Shown: one piece after another, positions 55,533 through 64,000 of the stretch
How the letters are laid out: each line of letters begins with the position of its first letter
Position numbering within the stretch: the stretch's first letter is position 1
DNA from: Octopus vulgaris
Taxonomy: Eukaryota
Reading direction: 5' to 3'
NCBI GenBank assembly: GCA_951406725.2
Contig: OX597832.1
Coordinates: 17,546,001 to 17,610,000 of the forward strand
DNA length: 64,000 nucleotides
Position numbers and translations under genes: made by a program
Notes under the pieces: generated by a model
Told to the model about the DNA's origin: nothing
The model's input: only the letters and a program-made list of their open reading frames with translations
Databases searched by the model: none

Positions 55533-56089
55533 TGTTTTGCAGAGAAAAGTTGCTGTTGCTATCTTTTTTTATTTACTTTTTACTTTATTTTATTCTCTTA
55601 TTGTTTTGTTTCTTTTGCTATCTTCTGTTGTATGTCTGTGGCCATTCTGGGGCGTCACGTTCAAGATTTTTTTTTTAGTCGGTCATGACTAACACCCAAA
55701 TATTTATTTTCCAATTCTGTTACTTATTCCATCGATCTTTATCTCCATATAACAAATGGCTAACTCACGATTTGTATTATAAAGGGCCGTAACTCGACAT
55801 ACAAGTTTTCCAATCTGAAAAGACGCTGCAACTCAGACGCATATATTGCATTGTATTATTATATGGCATTATATTAATTACATTATGCTATATTATATAT
55901 TGTACACTAAATATGTATCACAGGTGACATGTGTATGTGTATGTGAGTTTCCCTGTATATCACGTGGGTTAGCTGAAAGCATCACTATTTCATAGGCAGA
56001 ATATGAAATAGTGATGCTAGAGTTGTGAAATTGTGAAATCTGGCATGGAACCCTAACCCTAACTGCAATATTTCTTTCCAGGTAAAATC

Positions 56090-56735
56090 GCATCTGACTG
56101 TTGAAAGAAGACGGAAATTAACTAGTAGCGGCTTCTCTTGAAAATGCACAAAATTATCTATTTCTTTATTGCCCACAAGGGGCTAAACATAGAGGGAACA
56201 AACAAGAACAGACAAACGGGTTAAGTCGATTACATCGACTCCAGTGTTGTACTGGTACTTATTTAATCGACCCTGAAAAGATGAAAGGCAAAGTCGACCT
56301 CGGCGGAATTTGAACTTAGAACGTAACGGCATATGAAATACCTATTTCTTTACAGCCCAGAAGGGGCTACACACAGAGAGGACAAGCAAGGACAGATAAA
56401 CGGATTAAGTCGATTATATCGACCCCAGTGCGTAACTGGTACGTATTTAATCGATCACGAAAGGATGAAAGGCAAAGTCGACCTCGGCGGAATTTGAACT
56501 CAGAACGTAGTGGCAGACGAAATACCGCTAAGCATTTCGCCCGGAGTGCTAACATATCTGCCAGCACGCCGCCTTAAATGCACAAAATTATCATCGTGGT
56601 GTTATCCCAAAAAAGGGTTATCCCCCAACGACATTCATGCTGAAATTGTTGCTGCATTAGGGTATGATGACGCTCCGGCTTTATGAAAAGTACAAAAATG
56701 ACAGCTAGAATTCAGAGGGGAATGGAGTGTATAGA
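56090..56735 (+). mobile_element. Mariner 5' fragment (transposase N-terminus) interrupted by a SINE
   Basis: Degraded translation from ~56578 'HRGVI..KKGLSPNDIHAEIVAALG.DDAPAL..VQK...EFR', matching the mariner N-terminal HTH region. Confidence 0.75.
56159..56575 (-). mobile_element. SINE family A, dimeric form, with 17-bp TSD
   Basis: TSD aaatgcacaaaattatc at 56142-56158 and 56576-56592. Confidence 0.95.
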
Positions 56736-56736
56736 C

Positions 56737-56840
56737 CAGTGGTTCTCAACTAGGATCCATATGGCCCCTAAGGAACCATATAAGAATGTTGGGGTTCATG
56801 CTACAATATAGTAAATTGGGAATCTACAATATAATTTTAT
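56737..56840 (+). mobile_element. hAT (Charlie-like) terminal fragment
   Basis: Starts CAGTGGTTCTCAAC, a typical hAT TIR. Confidence 0.45.
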
Positions 56841-56859
56841 CTACATCGAATGTATGGTG

Positions 56860-57385
56860 GGCAAAGTCGACCTCAGTAGAATTTGAACACTGAACATAAC
56901 GACGGACGAAATGCTGTTAAGCATTTTGCCCAGAATTTATTGTTTTCAAATTTTGGCACAACGTTTGCAATTTTAGGAGAGAAGTATGTCGAGTACAGCC
57001 ACCCCGTTGTTTATCTGGTACTGATTTTATCGACCCCAAAAGGATCGAAGTCAAAGATCTCAGTGGAATCAGAACTCACAACGTAAAGACCGACCAAACA
57101 CCGCTAAGCATTTTGTCCAGCGTGCTAACGATTCTGCAATCATGCGTGCTTCTTTGAGTAAAAAAATTGGTTTCAAATCTTGGCACAAGGCTAGCAATTT
57201 CAGGGATGGTATAAGTTGATTACATCGAGCCCAGTGTTTAACTAGCACTCATTTTATTGAAACCCGAAAGGGTGAAGGGCAAGGTAAACCTCAGCGAAGT
57301 TTGAACTCGGAGCGTAATGACGTACAAAATGCCTCTTTAGCATTTTGGCCGGATTACAAACACTTCTGCAAGACGCCACCTTCTT
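56860..57385 (-). mobile_element. Three stacked degenerate SINE family A copies
   Basis: Repeated 'gtcgacctc..gaatttgaac..acgaaatgc..agcattttg' motifs. Confidence 0.75.
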
Positions 57386-58779
57386 CAAGAATGTTAATGT
57401 AACTATTACTATGATGTTATGTCATGGTTTTTAGACATTTACATATTAGAGCAACCAAGCAATCAGTTAGTTATTAACGTATAGTGTATTTAAATGTTTT
57501 TCTTTACATTACTACCCACTTCATCTCTCTCTCTCTTTCTCATAGACTTAAACCCTATTTTTCTTTATCGCTCTCCCTCACTCTCCTTCTCCCACTCTTT
57601 CCCACGAAATATATGTATACACATACATACACATATACATACATGAATACACATATATGAGTATACATACACACACACATACATATATGCATATATATAT
57701 ATATATATATATAGATATATATATATAATCAATATGTATATATATATATATATATAATCAATATATATATATATAATATTCAATATATATATATATATAA
57801 AATAATTAACACATGTATAATACATATGTATCTTTCACTTCACTCTCCTGTTCTCTCTCATTCTCTCTCTCTCTCTCCCTCTCTCTCTATATATATGCAT
57901 CTATATGTGTGTGTGTGTTTGCGTGTATATATATATATATATGTATATGCACACGCACACACACACAGGCACAGACAAACACACACATACACCATAACTG
58001 CTTTTGCAAAGTCTGTAATTGAATATTGCTCTTATATGCAAGTCATCATCCATCCACGGTCAGTTCCAAGCTCCCCACTCCACCTTCAAATGAAAATCCG
58101 TACCGTGCCCAATCTACAGAGAGCCGAGCCAAATATACCCGAATCAATACCGCCGACACCGAATGCAAACTAAACCTAGGCAAGTAAAACGGAGGTAAGG
58201 TTGAACCAAGCCAAATCGTAGCCGAGTCAAGCCGAATTAAGCCGAGTCAAGCCAAACGAAGTTACGACTGTGACCGGAAATATTTGGACAATTTTAACCT
58301 CGCCCGGGCATTACGGAAGATCAGACACAAGCGAATATGGAGGAAGAGAGAGGTTGCGGTATTCTTCCCACTCACTCACCCAGGCTTTAAACGAACGCTG
58401 ATATTTCTAGTGATTATTAGGGTGGAGATGGTGGTGGTGGTGGTGGTGATGTTGATGGTAGAAGTAGAAGTACTAAAATTATTAGAGATTATTAGGAATA
58501 CGTTTTGAGATAGAGGAACAGATATTATAGAGATCGTGGTAATGTTTTTTTTCTTTTATAGGTCGGTGGTTCAGTTATATCTACTCTCTCTCACGGCAGA
58601 GATATAAAAGTGCATTTCATTTGTGAGATTTATGATGGTGGGCAAAGAAGGGTTGGCGGTCTTCGTTCATGAACTACCATCTTATGATACAAAGACACAC
58701 ACATGCAAACATGCACACATGTACACACATGCACACACACATTCATAAACAAATACATAAATTTACTTATATGTGTACT

Positions 58780-58831
<52 letters not shown>

Positions 58832-59035
58832 GAGATATACATATGTAAGTATATGTGTAATTATATACATATATATATATATATACATATGTACGCTTAT
58901 GTGCGTGTATATATATATATATATATGTGTGTATATATATATGTACATATACATATATGTATATATATATATACATATATATATATACAGATGTAAATAT
59001 ATGTATATGTATATATATATATGCGTGTGTATGTC

Positions 59036-59082
<47 letters not shown>

Positions 59083-59126
59083 ATATATGTGTGTGTGTGT
59101 GCATAGACTCTTACGCAAACACACAC

Positions 59127-59157
<31 letters not shown>

Positions 59158-59171
59158 TATGTCTATAAGCA

Positions 59172-59418
59172 CACATATATATATATATATAAAACAAGGC
59201 TAGATTTCAGCCATGTTGGTTTCGTATTTCCCGTAATATGTTCCGTCTTCACCTTCATTACATTTTTCGTTTCTCTTTTTCGTAATTTTTTAACCTTTTT
59301 CCGACATCTTGTGTCCGTCCGTCTGTCTGTCTCGCTACTTTCATTCCCTCTATTTTCATTTCATTTCATTAACCTCGCTACTCTCTCGGCAAACAAAACA
59401 TTTTATACACAAGACTAG
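59172..59418 (+). mobile_element. Possible non-autonomous Helitron
   Basis: Starts in (TA)n-AAAA and ends 'ttttatacacaagaCTAG|T', Helitron-like termini. Confidence 0.4.
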
Positions 59419-59724
59419 TAAATTATTTGGAGTAAAGGATTGAGAGACAGAAGAAAGAAAGGCGAGATGGCATTATGTGATTTACCGTATTCACCCACAA
59501 ACGTGACGTTTTCTGCTTTGTTTCCCAACCAATAACTCTTATCGTGTCCATCTACGGACTACGGGGCAAATTAGGTCTTCTCTGTTTTCGTCTCTTCGCT
59601 TTCGCTTTTCCTATCTCTGAAGTACTTTATAACTCTGTCTTCCTGGAGACTGTATATATTTTTTTGCCATGTTTATATATGTGTGTATGCATGTATATAG
59701 AAATGCACACATACACGCCTCCCC

Positions 59725-59758
<34 letters not shown>

Positions 59759-59802
59759 GCATATATATATACACATATATATATATATATATATATATAA
59801 AT

Positions 59803-59853
<51 letters not shown>

Positions 59854-60199
59854 AATGCATATACATTTATAACTATATATATGTATAAATGCATATACTT
59901 ATATATATACATGCATATATACGTACATACACATACATTTATATGTGTGTGTATACTCACACATCAAGACGGATACATATACACACACAACCCCCCCCAC
60001 ACACACACACAACTATATATCTGTACATTGCTTCATCCGCCGTCCATGTATTGTACTTGTATGCATATAAACATGCATCTCTCTCAAAATTTGTTTCGCT
60101 TATCTGTTAATATTTCGCTCATTCATTTTCTTATAGATTTGTCATACACTTATCGATGTGTGGAAAAATTCTTGCACATATGCCTGTATCTATCACTCA

Positions 60200-60527
60200 A
60201 CCTATCTATCTATCAATCTATCTCTCTACCTGGCGATCGATCGATCTACTACCTACTCACCTACCTACCTACCTACCTACCTACCTACCTACCTACCTAC
60301 CTACCTACCTACCTACCTAACTACCTACCTACCTACCAACAAACCAACCAACCAACCAACCAACCAACCTACCTACCTACCTATCTACATACATACATAC
60401 ATACATACATACATACATACCTATCAATCAATCAATCAATCTATCTATCTATCTATCAATCAATCAATCAATCAGTGTATCTATCTATTTTTTATCTATC
60501 AATCAATCAATCAGTCTGTATGTCTGT

Positions 60528-60601
<74 letters not shown>

Positions 60602-60780
60602 ATCTATCTATCTACCTACCTATCTATCTATCTATCCATTTATTCATCCATCCATCTGTCTATCTATCTATCCATATATCTTTCTATCTATCCATCTTTT
60701 CTATCTATCCATCCATCTATCTATCAGTTTATCTATCTTTCCAATCATCCATCTATCTTTCTATCTATCTATTCATTATG
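60200..60780. repeat. Compound tetranucleotide array (CTAC/CAAC/CATA/CAAT/CTAT)
   Basis: Direct observation. Confidence 0.93.
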
Positions 60781-61707
60781 TTTCGATGTATTTTTCTCTC
60801 GAAGTATATTTCTATATATTTCTATCAATTTGCAAGTCTACTCACTTCTATAATCTCTTGATATTATCTCAATACAGTCCAAATGCAAATCTAGGTCTGA
60901 TCCCTTACTTTACTTTTATATTTCTTTTCGATATCTTTCTTTCTCCCGTTCGTTCCTTACGCCTTCCTTTCTTCCTTCCTTCTTTCTTTTCGTCTTTATT
61001 TCTCTCCTTCCTTCTTTCTTTCTTTCCTCAATCAGTAACGTTTTAACTGTAATAACATTAATGACGTACAACGTTGTGGGGAACATGGCCGTCATTCTCT
61101 TACTGTAGAAATCGCCAGCGCCACATACACACATACACACACACATATATCCCACCGCTACCACCCTCATATTCGTCGTTACTAGCACCAACAATCACTA
61201 CCATAATCGTCATCACCATATAATCACGAACTCCACGAACACATTGATGACCACGATCCCTACAACTTTCATAACTACTTCCACCATCACAAGAACAAAT
61301 TCTCCCAGCAGGATCCCCACTATCACGGCAACAACAACCATTAATAAATCCATCATCATCAAATTTATTGTTGCCGTGGTCGCCGCATCTCTGGCTGCCG
61401 TGATTACCGTCATTATCATCGCCGTACTCATCGCCATGTTCGCCTCCATGGTCACCGTCTCGGTCGCCACCACCGCCGTCGTCACCATCATAATCATCCT
61501 CATAAATGGTATTTACGTTACTGGTTGTTATTGTCCTTCGAAATTCCTGCCATGGCTTCACCTACAAATGTTTGTTAAATCCCGTAGTTTTCTGCCTAAA
61601 TCGCATAAACATTGAATCAACAAAAAGAATTTTAACAACTATAACAAAAACGAAGATGACGACAACAATAATAACAATATCGACAACATTTAATATTATT
61701 ATGCCCG

Positions 61708-62105
61708 GGCGGCGAGCTGGGAGAAGTGTTAGCACGCCGGGCGTAATGCTTACTGGTATTTCGTCTGTCGTTACGTCCTGAGTTCAAATTCCACCGAGGT
61801 CGAATTTGCCTTTCATCCTTTCGGGGTCGATTAAATAAGTACCATTTACGCACTTGGGTCGATATAACCGACTTAATCCGTTTGTCTGTCCTTGTTTGTC
61901 CTCTCTGTGTTTAGCACCTCGTGTGTAATAATGAAATAGGTATTTCGTCTGCCGCTACGTTCTGAGTTCAAATTCCACTGAGGTCGACTTGACTTTCATG
62001 CTTTTGGGGTTGATAAATTAAGAACCAGTTGCGTACTGGGTCCGATCTAATCGACTGGTCCTCTCCCAAAATTTCGGGCCTTGTGCCTAGAGTAGAAAAG
62101 AATAT
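61708..62105 (+). mobile_element. SINE family A, dimeric form
   Basis: Head 'ggcggcgagctgggagaagtgttagcacgccggg', tail 'gccttgtgcctagagtagaaaagaat'. Confidence 0.92.
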
Positions 62106-63139
62106 TTCTATAATAGTACCCGTTACTGCAAGTGTATAGTGTATACAATATAAATGCCTGTATATTTAGAAATTACAGAGAAATTATCATAAATAAAACA
62201 GCAATTAATTTTTATAAAATAAGAAGAGAAGATTTGATAATGCAACCCTTGTGTGTGAAAAGCAGACAAAATGGTTATATCTGACAAGACTTTCATGAAA
62301 TTTCTGTTCAATCAACTTTGTCATGAACCTTTTCAGCTATAGCAATAGACGAATATTAAGACGTTATTGACATAAAAATTATAATACATTTTGCCTAGTA
62401 TTGTAACAAATATTCTAAACATTATAAATGGTTTAACCAACATTGAAATATAATAGGGTGAACAATATGTGCTTATGCGACAATGGAATTATTCCATTTC
62501 CAAGAATATTATAGAACAGATTACCAACAACTGATCAACAATCCTTATGCTTGTTAAAAGAAAGTACAAGAGATTTCTGTTAGTTTATGATGATTTCGGG
62601 AGGAAAATATCAAGAAGTAACAAGGCAACAAGACTGCTAGTACGCGATTGCTTAAACGTCGTTATATAGAAACTAAATCTTCCTTAAGTGACATCTATTG
62701 TCTTAAAAAATCAATCAGCTGCTAGAATACATCTGCAGAGGAAAAAGGTGGAGAGTTCATTAGTGGAGAATATTTGATCAAAGGTGAGAATACTGAGGGG
62801 TGAATGGGGGCGAAATAACTATAGCCGAGGAATGAGATCTTTCTATTCATCTGTGTTTTTTTTATTCTAAAATAATAGAAAGAAACAGAAAGCAGAAAAT
62901 ATAATCATTAGTCACATTTAATTAACCGTGGTCCGCCTGTGACAGAAATCATCCGTTGCGTCATCATACGTTCTTTTGCTGTAAGTGTTTACCTACATTT
63001 TAAGCGTTGGTTTGCGATTTGGCTGCTATTGCAAACACATATGAAGGATACATTCCTGTCTCAAAGGTAGACAACAGTCAGAAACAAAAATAAAAAGAAA
63101 CCAAAATAGACATAACAAAATTAATAAGGATTTCGAATT

Positions 63140-63345
63140 GCAGCACAAGACCAGCAATTTCAAGGAAAGGTGCTAAGACTATTACATCGATCCCAGTGCA
63201 CATCTGATACTTATTTCTTCGACTTCCTGAGGAAGAAAGGCAGAGTCGACCCTGTGAAGGACTTGAACTCAGAACGTAAAGACGGACGAAATGCTACTTA
63301 GCATTTATCCCGGCGTGCTAATGACTCTTTCAACTCGACGCCTAT
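63140..63345 (-). mobile_element. Degenerate SINE family A
   Basis: 'gaactcagaacgtaaagacggacgaaatgc..cccggcgtgctaa'. Confidence 0.75.
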
Positions 63346-63871
63346 ATAATAATAGTAATTAATCACATAAGATTAAAGCAGTAATGCGCAATAAACAAGT
63401 GTAAAGTGCAATTATTTCTTAATCCATTCGTAAGTATTTAAACTGTTCAAAGAATACTTGCGATTAATACAAAAGATTTCAAACGACATATGCGTGGACT
63501 TTATCCAAAGAAATGATGCGCCTCTCCCGTTTCATAGAAAAAAAAAAGACTTGAATGCAGTAGCTAAACCTACTAACGAACCTCAAATATTCATGTGGAT
63601 GACCTCTATATCTCTCTTTTTCCATTCCATTGCTAGCTATTAAGAATTTGTTAAAAATTCTGGCGATTAGAGCGAAAACATATACTTATTATATTGGTAT
63701 AATTAAAGGCCATTTTAAAAACAGTTTTTACAATCACAAGTCCCACAAACTGAAAGAGAAAGAGCAAATCTCCAACTTTCATCGTTACATGAAATGCCAT
63801 ACATAACTGAATGTGGTTCTATATTTAACAGATGAGGAATTATGTACATTATTTACATTATTTGGATTCGA

Positions 63872-63897
63872 TAATAATAATAATAAAAATGATAATG

Positions 63898-63972
<75 letters not shown>
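63872..63972. repeat. (AAT)n microsatellite, followed by the start of a repeat also seen near 17910
   Basis: 'tatcgaaaaat(a/g)ccttaggaatga' follows an (AAT)n tract at both 17912 and 63971. Confidence 0.9.
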
Positions 63973-64000
63973 TCGAAAAATGCCTTAGGAATGAGAACCC

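Noticed and set aside
56050-56063. (CCCTAA)2 telomere-like motif
   Set aside because: Only two units; too short to be meaningful

Overview
AT-rich, microsatellite-saturated eukaryotic non-coding DNA (intron or gene desert). The SINE families and repeat landscape are consistent with an octopus/coleoid cephalopod genome (inference). I find no credible host protein-coding exon: almost all ORFs in the track are translations of simple repeats. Recognisable content includes about 25 tRNA-derived SINE copies of three families (several with exact TSDs), two mariner transposase fragments, a mariner MITE, an R4/Dong-type restriction-like endonuclease fragment and probable Helitron/hAT remnants. The main hidden signal is a dense set of type I hammerhead ribozyme (HHR) motifs (stem I - CUGAnGA - stem II - GAAA - short, usually palindromic stem III - GUH - stem I'). 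About nine are complete or nearly so and several more are degenerate, from multiple unrelated sequence families. Most lie in short non-coding elements next to (TA)n tracts, either as fold-back inverted repeats or as a ~454-bp tandem monomer. This is the architecture of Penelope-like pseudo-LTRs / non-LTR retrozymes. Two copies of one family show compensatory stem changes. A few unique islands carry CTCF-like and DR1 motifs, and there is one pre-miRNA-sized hairpin. All calls were made by eye; no folding or database search was run.
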